The notes under the pieces were generated by a model, which saw only the letters and a program-made list of their open reading frames with translations, searched no databases and had not been told where the DNA came from. A program made the translations under genes and the position numbers. Positions 17,675 through 26,004 of a stretch of DNA of 42,104 nucleotides are shown piece after piece. Source of the stretch: a virus (Duplodnaviria > Caudoviricetes); the IMG/VR virus record IMGVR_UViG_3300036773_000089, positions 1-42,104 of that record; one strand, given 5' to 3'. Positions within the stretch are counted from its first letter, which is position 1. Each line of letters begins with the position of its first letter.

Positions 17675-19273
17675 TCAGGTGAAGCGGCCCATGACGGTGC
17701 CGCTGCGAGCTCTGCTGGGCTTGTAGGGAGGCGCCGTGCCCGGCACCCATGACTGTTTGCGCGATCGCCGTTTTTTGCGGGCGACCGGGACGCGGCGCTC
17801 CATGCAGATGTAGCGGAGGACGTCGGGTTTGTGGTCGTCCTTCTTGACCACGCCGAAGCTGCCGTCCTCCTTGGGCTTCTTGCGATATTTGCGGAGCTGG
17901 CGGATCAGGCCGACGCACCGCGAGGAGATCAGGATCAGGGGAAACGGCTTCTTCTGGCCCTCGTTGTCGGGGTCGTCGATCAGGTGGTTGAAGCGGCGGT
18001 CGATCTCGGTCACGCCGGCCTCGAGGTCGTTCTTGCCGTAAAGGACCGGGACGCCGGCGGTGATCCACTGCTCGCCGACGCGCTCGCCCGAGCCGAGGTC
18101 GCGGGAGCGGGCGGCCGGGTCGATGATGTTGTACTTGCAGACCGCTTGCAGGCCCCAGCCTTCGCGCTTCGTCGCCATCGACTCCGCGGCGTGCTCGGGG
18201 ATCGCCGAGCGGCCGGAAAGGGTGAGTTCGTCGTAGACGATCACCCGGCCGTTCTTGTCGAGGCCGGTGAAGAGGATCGCCGTCTCCACCTGGCCGGGGT
18301 CGATGCCGTCGAGGTGTTCGAGACGCGAGACGAGTTCGCGGTCGACCCACTCTTCGGGGACCACATGGATGCCGCCGACCTTGGGATCGAAGTTCTCGTA
18401 GACGAGCCCTTTGGCCGACGTGAACGAGCCTTCGGTGACGGCCGCTTTCTGATCGCCGCGGATGCCGGCGATCGCGTCTTCGCGGCCTTCCTCGGAAAGG
18501 TGCGGGTTCTCGTAGATCGACACCTGCACCATGAGCAGGCCGGCCTCTTTGTTCAGCCACACCCGCTCGGAGAGCTGCTCGCCCTCTTCGACCGCTTCCT
18601 CGAAGATCTCGTCGAAGACCCACCCGAGCTTTTCCGAGATCGGGGTGAAGCCCCAGAGCATGTCGCCGTGGTAGTCGGCGATGCGCATACGGGCCTGCGT
18701 GTAGATCCGTTCCCCGTCTTCGGTGTCGGGCGGCTCCTCGTCCCAGACGATCCGGTGACGCGCCGAGCCGCCGTGCTTGGAGGGCGGCTGTTCGGTGGTC
18801 ATAAAGTCGAAGAAGGAGCCGTTGGCGAAGCGCACGATGTGGTCTTTGTCCTTGTAGGCCGTCTCCCACGAGCCGCCCTTCAACTGCGACGGCGGCACCC
18901 ACATCTGGATCGTCTCGAGGAGCGACTGATAGGGCTTGCCGTAGTCGGGCGTGATGAAGCGGCATTTGAACTTCGTGCCCTTCGGCCAGATCCGAAACGG
19001 GAGAAGCAGCTCCGGCACGGCGTCTTCGTCGAGCGCCTGAATCAGGCAGTCGATCACCGTCGCCGTCGACTTGCCCGAGCGGTTGCCGCCGACGAACGCC
19101 TTGGTTTTCACCCGGTGGCTGTGGAAGACCAACTGCCGCGGGTGAGGCTCGTATCGGTAGAGGGGGTTTTCCTCGATCGACTCGTTGGCCTTGGCGAGGA
19201 GGTCGAGTACCTCGGGGTCCTCGAGCAGCGCCGGGTCGTCGACGACGAGCTCGAAGCCGGCGACGTCAGTCAT
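17675..19273 (-). CDS. terL: Terminase large subunit, 532 aa
   Basis: Q-motif PHPRQLVF, Walker A GGNRSGKS, Walker B IVWDEE, motif III FTP, nuclease GIDPG and DDHKPDVLRY. Confidence 0.93.
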   Translation of the reverse strand: MTDVAGFELVVDDPALLEDPEVLDLLAKANESIEENPLYRYEPHPRQLVFHSHRVKTKAFVGGNRSGKSTATVIDCLIQALDEDAVPELLLPFRIWPKGTKFKCRFITPDYGKPYQSLLETIQMWVPPSQLKGGSWETAYKDKDHIVRFANGSFFDFMTTEQPPSKHGGSARHRIVWDEEPPDTEDGERIYTQARMRIADYHGDMLWGFTPISEKLGWVFDEIFEEAVEEGEQLSERVWLNKEAGLLMVQVSIYENPHLSEEGREDAIAGIRGDQKAAVTEGSFTSAKGLVYENFDPKVGGIHVVPEEWVDRELVSRLEHLDGIDPGQVETAILFTGLDKNGRVIVYDELTLSGRSAIPEHAAESMATKREGWGLQAVCKYNIIDPAARSRDLGSGERVGEQWITAGVPVLYGKNDLEAGVTEIDRRFNHLIDDPDNEGQKKPFPLILISSRCVGLIRQLRKYRKKPKEDGSFGVVKKDDHKPDVLRYICMERRVPVARKKRRSRKQSWVPGTAPPYKPSRARSGTVMGRFT

Positions 19274-20069
19274 CCTCGACCGCCTTGGTGTCGATCACTT
19301 TCGGGGCGGCGAGCGCGCGGGGTGCGCCCTGACCGATCGCCAGGCGGATGCCCTTCGCCTCGAGCGCCCGTTGCAGCTCGGGGAAGCTGTGTTCGACGCG
19401 GTCGGTCGCCTGCCCCGTGAGGAGGGCGAGTTTTTCGGTCGAGATGCCGCCCATCACCGCCGACTCGTGGAGCAGTTTGGCGAGCTCTTTGAAGGTGACT
19501 TCGCAGTCGCACCGACGCGCCCACCACGCCTTGATCTCGGCGACGATCGACTCGCGGCGTTTGTAGGCGCCGTTCAGCTTGGCGACCATCATCGGGTCGA
19601 GCTCGAGGTCGCCGGGGTTGGAGAGGATCTCCTCGATCAGGCTGTCGACGTCGGGCAGCTCGATCGTCGAGGCGAGCTCGCGCTGATCGAGGTCGATGAA
19701 GGTGTTGATCTCCTCGAGCCGGCGCTCGGCGTCTTTGAAGCGCTCGTCGGCGTGCTGGAATTCCTCGTCCTTGCGATCGAGCGTCGAGCGGATACGGCGC
19801 AAGATGTCCTCGGTGAGGTCGGTCGAGATCCGAGCGAGGCGGTGGTAGTCGTCGGCGAGGCGGGAGCGCACCTGCTTTTCGACTTCGAGCGAGATCTGCT
19901 GGTAGCGCTCGGCGTGGGTGTTGTAGGCCCAGCCGCGCACCGTGGCGATCGGGACCTTGAGCTCGGCCGCGCGGAGGAGTTTCTGCGTCGGTTTTTCGCG
20001 GCCACCCTCAAGGGCGAAGGCGGCGAGTGCGAGGTCGATTTCGGCAGAGCTGTAGTCCCGTTTCGGCAC
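19266..20069 (-). CDS. terS: Putative terminase small subunit, 267 aa
   Basis: N-terminal HTH (YSSAEIDLAL...VPIATVRGW), EKLALLTGQATDRVEH tail, overlaps terL start. Confidence 0.7.
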   Translation of the reverse strand: MPKRDYSSAEIDLALAAFALEGGREKPTQKLLRAAELKVPIATVRGWAYNTHAERYQQISLEVEKQVRSRLADDYHRLARISTDLTEDILRRIRSTLDRKDEEFQHADERFKDAERRLEEINTFIDLDQRELASTIELPDVDSLIEEILSNPGDLELDPMMVAKLNGAYKRRESIVAEIKAWWARRCDCEVTFKELAKLLHESAVMGGISTEKLALLTGQATDRVEHSFPELQRALEAKGIRLAIGQGAPRALAAPKVIDTKAVEDD

Positions 20070-20239
20070 TACTTACGACCGTGGCGCCCGAGGCTGGCGA
20101 ACTTCTTGTTGCCGTATTTCTTGCGACCGATCGAGGCGGCGAGGGCGGCGGGGTTGCGGATGCCGCGCTTCTGCAACTTCCCCTCGAGCGATGCGAACCG
20201 CTGGCCGGAGCCGAGCGGCGGGGTCTTACCGCGGGCCAT
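20069..20239 (-). CDS. Small very basic protein, 56 aa
   Basis: SD GGAGG before ATG 20239; MARGKTPPLGSGQRF...ASIGRKKYG. Confidence 0.72.
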   Translation of the reverse strand: MARGKTPPLGSGQRFASLEGKLQKRGIRNPAALAASIGRKKYGNKKFASLGRHGRK

Positions 20240-20253
20240 ACGAACCTCCTGTT

Positions 20254-20502
20254 TCAGTCCCCCTTCCGCCGCACCCGGCGGGTGAGCTCGTCGAGGGCGT
20301 TGGCACCCGGCGTGGTGTCGGGCGGGTCGTCGAGGCCGAGCGCCAGGCGCGCGAGCTCGGATTTGTTGGAGCCCGGCGGGATCTTCCGCTCGGGCAGGGT
20401 GACGCCGTCCTTCGCCATCCGGTCGAGGGCGGCGAGGTCGTCGTCGTCGACGCGGATCTTGAACTGGCGATCGAGAGGCTTGTCGCTCGGCGGGTAGGGC
20501 AC
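20254..20502 (-). CDS. Ribbon-helix-helix DNA-binding protein, 82 aa
   Basis: GTG overlaps upstream TAG; QFKIRVDDDDLAALDRMAK...NKSELARLAL fits the RHH strand-helix-helix pattern. Confidence 0.65.
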   Translation of the reverse strand: MPYPPSDKPLDRQFKIRVDDDDLAALDRMAKDGVTLPERKIPPGSNKSELARLALGLDDPPDTTPGANALDELTRRVRRKGD

Positions 20503-20702
20503 TAGAGCGGGTCCGGCGGAACGTGGTCGTCGGGCCATTCGCCGGCGTCTTCGTGGAGGAAGCGGCAGGGGGGGTTGTGGTCCGCTTCGAGGGAGCAGCG
20601 CTCGAAGGTGATCGAGCGCTCACTGCACTGGTCGGATTGGTCCGCCGGGAGGTCCTCGAGCTCGGGGGCGACACCGCCGGCGACACGCGACAGATCGTTC
20701 AT
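20502..20702 (-). CDS. Hypothetical Cys/His protein, 66 aa
   Basis: ATGA overlap and SD GGAGG; C-x8-C-x4-H-x3-C/H pattern. Confidence 0.55.
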   Translation of the reverse strand: MNDLSRVAGGVAPELEDLPADQSDQCSERSITFERCSLEADHNPPCRFLHEDAGEWPDDHVPPDPL

Positions 20703-20911
20703 CTGATCCTCCATCCGGTCCTGACGTTGACGGCGGCGACGTCGAAGAAGAAATCGTAGCCCTTCCAAGCAGCAAGGCCCCGAAGGGCCTGACGACGGGT
20801 GAGGAACGGCGGCCCCGACCAGTGCGTGTAGCCGGCTTCCGTCTTCGCCTGCAACTCCCACTCACGACGGCCCCAGGCGATGTGGAGTCGGCCACCGAAG
20901 AGCTCGGTCAC
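20699..20911 (-). CDS. Hypothetical protein, 70 aa
   Basis: GTGA overlap with upstream stop; tiles the operon. Confidence 0.55.
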   Translation of the reverse strand: MTELFGGRLHIAWGRREWELQAKTEAGYTHWSGPPFLTRRQALRGLAAWKGYDFFFDVAAVNVRTGWRIR

Positions 20912-21036
20912 GAGAGCAGGGCCTCGACGCCGCGGACGACGCCGATCCAGAAGAGCACGTCGAGCTCGCAGAGCACAAGCATCCAGCAAAGGACGGTGAG
21001 CTCGCTCGGCTCGTCGACGGCGGTCTGCTCGGGCAT
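20908..21036 (-). CDS. Small hydrophobic peptide, 42 aa (below ORF-track cutoff)
   Basis: MPEQTAVDEPSELTVLCWMLVLCELDVLFWIGVVRGVEALLS; overlaps both neighbours. Confidence 0.55.
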   Translation of the reverse strand: MPEQTAVDEPSELTVLCWMLVLCELDVLFWIGVVRGVEALLS

Positions 21037-21362
21037 CAGTCGCCCACGAGCCAGATGCCGCCGACCGGGCGCACCTGACGGTCGTCGCGGACGTCGGCGA
21101 GGGTGGCGATGCCGTCCGTGCCGCCGAGCGCGATGAACTCGCGGAGTTTCTCCTGCGCCCGGTAGAAGCCGAGCCGTTCCTTGTCGAGCTCGGCCTGCTT
21201 GGCCTTGCTCATGCGGCTGTAGTTCTCGGGCCGCTCGACGCAGAGGGAGAGGAACTCTTCGACGACGTGCGGGAGCGCCATCTGCTTCTTCTTCGGGAGC
21301 CGCTCACCACCGCCGGCGACGAGGCCCTCGAGCGTCTCGCCGCGGACGCGCCTGCGGGCCAT
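21036..21362 (-). CDS. Hypothetical protein, 108 aa
   Basis: TGATG overlap; starts MARRRVRGE. Confidence 0.6.
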   Translation of the reverse strand: MARRRVRGETLEGLVAGGGERLPKKKQMALPHVVEEFLSLCVERPENYSRMSKAKQAELDKERLGFYRAQEKLREFIALGGTDGIATLADVRDDRQVRPVGGIWLVGD

Positions 21363-21577
21363 CAGATCCCCATCCCGTTTCTCGCGGCCTCGGGGTCGGG
21401 CTTCGACAGGCAGGGTTCGCACGTCCATTCGTCGTCGTTGCCGGACGTCAATTTGAAGACGCGCTCGCCGTGGATCAGGGCGCGGCCGCAACCGGCGCAG
21501 GGTTCGCCGTCGACGGGCGGGTAGGAGCCGCCCTTGGCCTTCACCGACGTCTCGGCCCAGGCGCTAGCGCGACCCAC
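21362..21577 (-). CDS. Small zinc-finger protein, 71 aa
   Basis: CAGC...CEPC; SD GGGGAG before GTG. Confidence 0.55.
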   Translation of the reverse strand: MGRASAWAETSVKAKGGSYPPVDGEPCAGCGRALIHGERVFKLTSGNDDEWTCEPCLSKPDPEAARNGMGI

Positions 21578-21767
21578 GATCGCTCCCCCTCGAGCAGGCG
21601 AAGATCGCCGGGACGTCCATGCCGACGACGAAGTGCGATCCGGCGTTCTCCTCGGGGTCGAGGGCGATGATCTCGATCCGCGTCCCGCGCTTGCCGAGGT
21701 CGGGCAGCTTCTCCTTGACCGCCTCGAGCACGGCCTCTTCGGACTCCTCCCGCGTGCGCTCAGGCAT
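21564..21767 (-). CDS. Hypothetical protein, 67 aa
   Basis: ATG 21767 (MPERTREE); tiles the operon. Confidence 0.55.
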   Translation of the reverse strand: MPERTREESEEAVLEAVKEKLPDLGKRGTRIEIIALDPEENAGSHFVVGMDVPAIFACSRGSDRGSR

Positions 21768-22059
21768 CGGGATCGGGCTCGTAGGTCGCGTCGAAGATGT
21801 CGGGCTTGCACGGGTAGAACTCACCCTTGACGCCGCGGATCACGTAGTCGAGGACGTCGCCGCGGTGATCGCCCTCGAGCGTGTGGATCAGGATCTCGCC
21901 GGTGAGCCGGGAGGCGGTGCCGGGCGACGTGCGGATCACAAGCGCCTGGTGGCCGTTGCCGTTGATCCAGTCGACGACGTCCTGGGCGTTGTTGCCGTCG
22001 AGCTGGACCGCCTCGATCACGACCGGCTTCTTGCGGTAGCGCTTCGTCTTGACGGCCAT
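21760..22059 (-). CDS. Conserved phage protein (RKKPVVIEA / PGDYG-like), 99 aa
   Basis: YRKKPVVIEAVQ...IHTLEG...DYVIRGVKGEFYPCKPDIF..TYE family signature. Confidence 0.85.
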   Translation of the reverse strand: MAVKTKRYRKKPVVIEAVQLDGNNAQDVVDWINGNGHQALVIRTSPGTASRLTGEILIHTLEGDHRGDVLDYVIRGVKGEFYPCKPDIFDATYEPDPDA

Positions 22060-23243
22060 CAGAGGCCCAGCCAAGCCGCCGCGGCGTTGCGGACGTGGTT
22101 GAGGCCGTAGTCCAGTTCGACGCGCCACAGCGGCCGGTCGTCGGCGTTGTCGCGGCGGTGTTCCTCGTCGATCCGCGCGGCCTCGAGACGTTTCTCCGCT
22201 TTCTCCCGGTCCTCGTCGCTGAGGTAGGGGTTGTCGCGGAGCGTCGACTCGCCGACCTTCTCGGCCATCGTGCCGGAGACGCTCGCCTCGCCGCGGTGCT
22301 TGCGCGCCTGCCGGTCGGTGATGTCCTCGTAGAGGTTCGCGAAGACGTGCTCGAGGTCGGCCAGGGAGACGTAGGGGACACCATCAGCGGCGCCGATCAC
22401 GACCTCGAGGCCGCCGAGGGTGTGGCCGTCCGAGTCGACGATCTCCGCGTCGGGGCGGTCGGGTTCCGGCTCGCTCGCGCCGACGTCCTCGCGCCGGACG
22501 GGGCGGATCTCGTACTCGCCGGGCGGCATGGGCCACACGCTGCCCTCGCCGACCGTGAAGCTGCCGGATCTCTCGACGAGCGCGTGCAGGCGGCGCAGGA
22601 CCGTGGGCGAGGAGATCTCGGGGCCGCAGGGTGCGCCGAGCTCGTCGAGGAAACGGTGAACCTCGATCAGTTCCTCGCGCTTTGCGGTGAGCTGCTCCTC
22701 GGCGGCGATCGTCGAGTCGAGCAGGGCGCTCTCGATCGCGTCGGCGTGGTCGAGCGCTTCGGCGGCGGTGAGCACTTCCTCGCCGAGCAGGGCGCCGTAG
22801 ATCAGCGCGCGCCGCGTGCCCTCCGCGGGCTGCGTGCCTCTCCAACCGCGCTTGTCCTCCACGAAGTCGTTCTGGCGCAGCGCGGCCGGTCGCCATTCGA
22901 TGTCGTCGCGGCGGCTGAACTTCTCGCGGAAGTCCTCGTCGCGCCAGAGGACGATCTCGCCGTCGTCGCCGCGGACCAACCAGTAGCCGGGCGGCACGGC
23001 CAACTCGATATCGCGGGCCATGCGGCCTATCACGAAGCCGAGCTGCGGCGGCCGCGCCGGGCGGACGAATTCGCCGCTGCGCAGGAACGCGATCGGGAAG
23101 ACCCCCGCGTGGTCGTCGAGGACGCGGACCGCCTCGTCAAGGGTGGGTGCGGCCGGTCGCTGCGTGCCGGGCTGGACACGCTTGAACCAACCGGGGATGA
23201 AGTCGGGGGTGCGCTCGCTGGGCTGCCCTGCTGCCTCGCTCAT
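22059..23243 (-). CDS. Mosaic hypothetical protein, 394 aa, first gene of the leftward operon
   Basis: SD GGAGGAG before ATG 23243; includes PGDYG-like segment PGYWLVRGDDGE...DFREKF. Confidence 0.7.
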   Translation of the reverse strand: MSEAAGQPSERTPDFIPGWFKRVQPGTQRPAAPTLDEAVRVLDDHAGVFPIAFLRSGEFVRPARPPQLGFVIGRMARDIELAVPPGYWLVRGDDGEIVLWRDEDFREKFSRRDDIEWRPAALRQNDFVEDKRGWRGTQPAEGTRRALIYGALLGEEVLTAAEALDHADAIESALLDSTIAAEEQLTAKREELIEVHRFLDELGAPCGPEISSPTVLRRLHALVERSGSFTVGEGSVWPMPPGEYEIRPVRREDVGASEPEPDRPDAEIVDSDGHTLGGLEVVIGAADGVPYVSLADLEHVFANLYEDITDRQARKHRGEASVSGTMAEKVGESTLRDNPYLSDEDREKAEKRLEAARIDEEHRRDNADDRPLWRVELDYGLNHVRNAAAAWLGL

Positions 23244-23839
23244 GGATCTCCTCCTGCTCGCTGGATTTGAAGTCGTCCCCGGTGGGGGACACTGCCGCCG
23301 CGCGATCCCTCTAGCGGTGAAGCGGCTCGGTGATCTCGGTGCCCCAAGATCGGGGGTTGCCCGTCGTGCCCCCACCGGGTGACGCGGAACCTACCGGGTG
23401 GGGGGGCGGAATGTGTACACATGGCCGCTCTTTAGGGCAATTCTTGTAGAGGAGGAGGGAGATATATGTGGCACCGCGCGAGCGCAATCGCACACTCCCC
23501 CGCCCCCCTCGATGTACCACGGATGGTGCAGGGATTCTCGCTCGACAACGACCCTCCAACGATGGTCGATGGTCGATGGTCAGATGCAGTGCCGAACGAC
23601 CCCCGACATTCCGCCGGTTATGTCCGGTCAAGCGTGGTGCTGCGCCTGGTCGTGGTGCTCGCGCGCTTTGGCTGCGGCGCGCGTGGCGACGGCAGGCCAT
23701 CCACGTACCGACGTACGTGGTGATGCGCTCTGTGCCGTGGGTAGTACATGTGTCCACGTTGCGCCGTGGTGCTGATACGTGGACACGCGGTGTGTACCAT
23801 CGGTGGCACATGAACGCAGGACCGAACGAAGGAGGCAGC
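23244..23839. promoter_or_regulatory. Divergent non-coding control region
   Basis: Separates oppositely oriented operons; AT-richer patch, palindrome ATGTGTACACAT, leftward TAGGTT (23388-23393) and rightward TGTG-TACCAT (23791-23800). Confidence 0.65.
23561..23581 (+). repeat. Tandem heptamer (GATGGTC)x3
   Basis: Read directly from the sequence. Confidence 0.85.
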
Positions 23840-24268
23840 ATGAGCACCGAACCACGCCTTGCCGATATGCCGTTGGAGGAGCTACGCGAGCTGCGGCAAC
23901 GCCTCGCTACGACGTTCCCCGCTGGTCACCTGAAAGCGCAGCGGACCAACGAACGGATCGCGGCCGTTGACGAGGAGATCCGCATCAAGGCACCGCAGGC
24001 CGTAGAGGAATGGGAGGACGCGGCGGCCGTATCGGTCCTACACGTCTGCGCGCCGAACTCGCCGAGCGGCAACCCTCGCCGCTGCTACGCCGTCCTCTGT
24101 CGATCGCGGGTGCTGGCCGTGGTCGATGAGGGCTACGAAGGAACCGGGGCGCTGCGTACCGCAGGATGGGCGCACGCGGTCCCGAACATCGTCGGTGACG
24201 TCGACGTGTCGGTCAGGGAGTACAAGCGCTGGCTGACTCGGGGCAACGCAGATCGGGCGGTGGCCTGA
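23840..24268 (+). CDS. Hypothetical protein, 142 aa, first gene of the rightward operon
   Basis: Strong SD AAGGAGG; MSTEPRLAD; NSPSGNPRRCY motif. Confidence 0.75.
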   Translation: MSTEPRLADMPLEELRELRQRLATTFPAGHLKAQRTNERIAAVDEEIRIKAPQAVEEWEDAAAVSVLHVCAPNSPSGNPRRCYAVLCRSRVLAVVDEGYEGTGALRTAGWAHAVPNIVGDVDVSVREYKRWLTRGNADRAVA

Positions 24269-24456
24269 TGGCGGCCGGTGACCGCTGGTTGGTCGCGACG
24301 ACCGTGAGTGTCGAAGCCGACGACGAAGCGGACGCGATCGAGCAGGCCCGTGACCTGGCCGGGACGGTTGAGGGGCTCGGCTCCGGTGACCTGCTGGTCA
24401 GTGACGAACCGAAGGCCGAACCCGATCCCGACAATCACCTGTTCAGAAGGGGCTAG
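24268..24456 (+). CDS. Hypothetical protein, 62 aa
   Basis: TGATG overlap; VEADDEADAIEQA motif common in small phage proteins. Confidence 0.65.
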   Translation: MAAGDRWLVATTVSVEADDEADAIEQARDLAGTVEGLGSGDLLVSDEPKAEPDPDNHLFRRG

Positions 24457-24460
24457 AGCG

Positions 24461-24649
24461 ATGGACTTCGCCGACAAGATCGAACGCCTGCGTTGCATCA
24501 GCGACGGCCTGGGCGACCTGTACAGCAACGACGAGATCCTCGCCGTGGGGGTCGGATACGCGATCAGCGGCCCTCTGACCTGCGAGGGGATGGCCGCAGA
24601 AGCCGACGAGATCCTCGGCGAGCTGCTCGAAGATCCGATGGCCGTCTGA
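24461..24649 (+). CDS. Hypothetical acidic protein, 62 aa
   Basis: ATG 24461 (MDFADKIE) just after the upstream stop. Confidence 0.6.
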   Translation: MDFADKIERLRCISDGLGDLYSNDEILAVGVGYAISGPLTCEGMAAEADEILGELLEDPMAV

Positions 24650-24873
24650 TGCCGCGCTACGGACCTCCCGCCGATGGCGACCGCTTCGCCGGTCTGCGGC
24701 AGCGTCGGCGGGAACGCGGGCTAGCCACCGGCAGGATCAGCGAGACGCGGCCGTGCGGGTTCTGCGGCGCGTCTCAACCGACTACGGCGACCCACTGCGA
24801 CGAGTGCGGCGCCTACATGCGCAGCGAGGACGAAGCCGGCCACATGAACACGAGCGACGGGCTCGGCAGCTAG
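24649..24873 (+). CDS. Zinc-ribbon protein, 74 aa
   Basis: TGATG overlap; CGFCG...CDECG. Confidence 0.65.
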   Translation: MPRYGPPADGDRFAGLRQRRRERGLATGRISETRPCGFCGASQPTTATHCDECGAYMRSEDEAGHMNTSDGLGS

Positions 24874-24915
24874 GGCGCTTGGAGCATCGCGGCGGTTCGA
24901 TTCCGCCGCGCCCCT
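24873..24915 (+). other. tRNA-like minihelix (acceptor-like stem plus T-arm) in intergenic space
   Basis: GGGCGC...GGCGG-TTCGATT-CCGCC-GCGCCC. Confidence 0.55.
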
Positions 24916-24948
24916 TGTACCAACCGCAGTACAACCGAAGGGAAGACC

Positions 24949-25311
24949 ATGAACGATCTCAGCGAGCGGCTCGTCTGTCGCACGATGGGGAGCAACCTGC
25001 ACATGAACCGGGGCGAAATGATCGCCCTGCTCGGCCACATGCAGGAACCGGATGGGGGCGCCGTGATCCGTCGCCGCCTCGAAGTGCTGTTGGGAGAGAA
25101 GACGCTCGGCCAGGTGGACGACGAGGCCGAGCAGGAACGGCAGCGCCGCCAGGTCGAGCCGTTGAGCGAGGGCGCCTATCGCGTCCTCTGCGGACTCGTC
25201 CAACCGAGCGACGTGATCGACCCGTACGACGTCACCGGGCGCGACGGCGATTGGGAGCAACTGCGGCGCATCTTCCCGGCCGCCGACGCCTCGACCATCG
25301 ACACCGAATGA
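24949..25311 (+). CDS. Hypothetical protein, 120 aa
   Basis: ORF track; purine-rich SD. Confidence 0.7.
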   Translation: MNDLSERLVCRTMGSNLHMNRGEMIALLGHMQEPDGGAVIRRRLEVLLGEKTLGQVDDEAEQERQRRQVEPLSEGAYRVLCGLVQPSDVIDPYDVTGRDGDWEQLRRIFPAADASTIDTE

Positions 25312-25523
25312 AGGACGCGAAGCAGATCCGCCTAGACATCGGCGCGACCGCCGAGGAACTCAAGGAGCACGACGCGAAGGGAGCCGAGCTGCGCAAGCGG
25401 CTCGGCAAAGCGTTGACCGAAGCGCGCGACCATCCCGAGCTGACGCTCGAAGAGGGCCGCAAGATCCCCGAGAAGGAGATCCCGAGGCAGACCGCAAACC
25501 GACTGATCGGGGAGGCCGCATGA
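25308..25523 (+). CDS. Small coiled-coil / HTH-like protein, 71 aa
   Basis: ATGA overlap; LTLEE...EIPRQTANRLI resembles an HTH recognition helix. Confidence 0.55.
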   Translation: MKDAKQIRLDIGATAEELKEHDAKGAELRKRLGKALTEARDHPELTLEEGRKIPEKEIPRQTANRLIGEAA

Positions 25524-25750
25524 GGATCTACCACCTGACCGCGCGGGAACCTGACCGCGTCGGCTACGACAGCTTCACCGAGCATGTGGTGATGGCCGAC
25601 ACCGAGCAGGAAGCGCGCTGCATGGTCCCGACCGGCAACGAGGGTGAGCACTTCTGGACCGACCCTCAGCGCAGCTTGTCCCGCCACATCGGCGCCGCCC
25701 TTCGCCACCTTCCGGCGCAGGTTGTGTCGTCGAGCTACGAGCGCGGCTAG
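25520..25750 (+). CDS. Hypothetical protein, 76 aa
   Basis: SD GGAGG and ATGA overlap; GYDSF..HVVMADTEQEAR motif. Confidence 0.7.
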   Translation: MRIYHLTAREPDRVGYDSFTEHVVMADTEQEARCMVPTGNEGEHFWTDPQRSLSRHIGAALRHLPAQVVSSSYERG

Positions 25751-25854
25751 GACGAGACAGCTACGGACCGATGTTCGATGGACGCGGCCGGGCGACCGAA
25801 ATAGGGTTGCCCGGCTGGGCCGATCAAAACAGAACTCAGCGAGAGACGCACACG

Positions 25855-25884
25855 GGGCCGGGGATTTTCCTCCCGGCCCTTTCT
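25855..25884 (+). terminator. Intrinsic terminator of the rightward operon
   Basis: GGGCCGGG/CCCGGCCC stem plus TTTCT, at the convergence of two operons. Confidence 0.6.
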
Positions 25885-25928
25885 ACGTCGCCAGTCCGGC
25901 GGGCCGGAATGACGAGACAGCTAGGAAG

Positions 25929-26004
25929 TGGCGGCCTCCGGAGTCGAACCGGACCCTCCGGGGTGCGTCGAACCCGGCGACTTCCTCTGCGCTTCCCGAC
26001 CGCC
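25929..26004 (-). ncRNA. Degenerate tRNA / tRNA-like RNA, 76 nt
   Basis: 7-bp acceptor GGCGGTC/GGCCGCC plus discriminator A; perfect T-arm TCCGG-TTCGACT-CCGGA; irregular D and anticodon arms. Confidence 0.6.

Noticed and set aside
283-22110. Many long plus-strand ORFs (e.g. 823-1794, 5235-6938, 14673-16625, 17831-19420)
   Set aside because: They are antisense shadows of high-GC minus-strand genes and show no motifs or SD sites.
25751-25923. CRISPR mini-array
   Set aside because: Only two 13-bp repeats 160 bp apart; wrong geometry and no cas operon.
25826-25995. RNase P RNA-like words (AAAACAGAAC on plus, GAGGAAGTC on minus)
   Set aside because: They are on opposite strands and cannot form the P4 helix.
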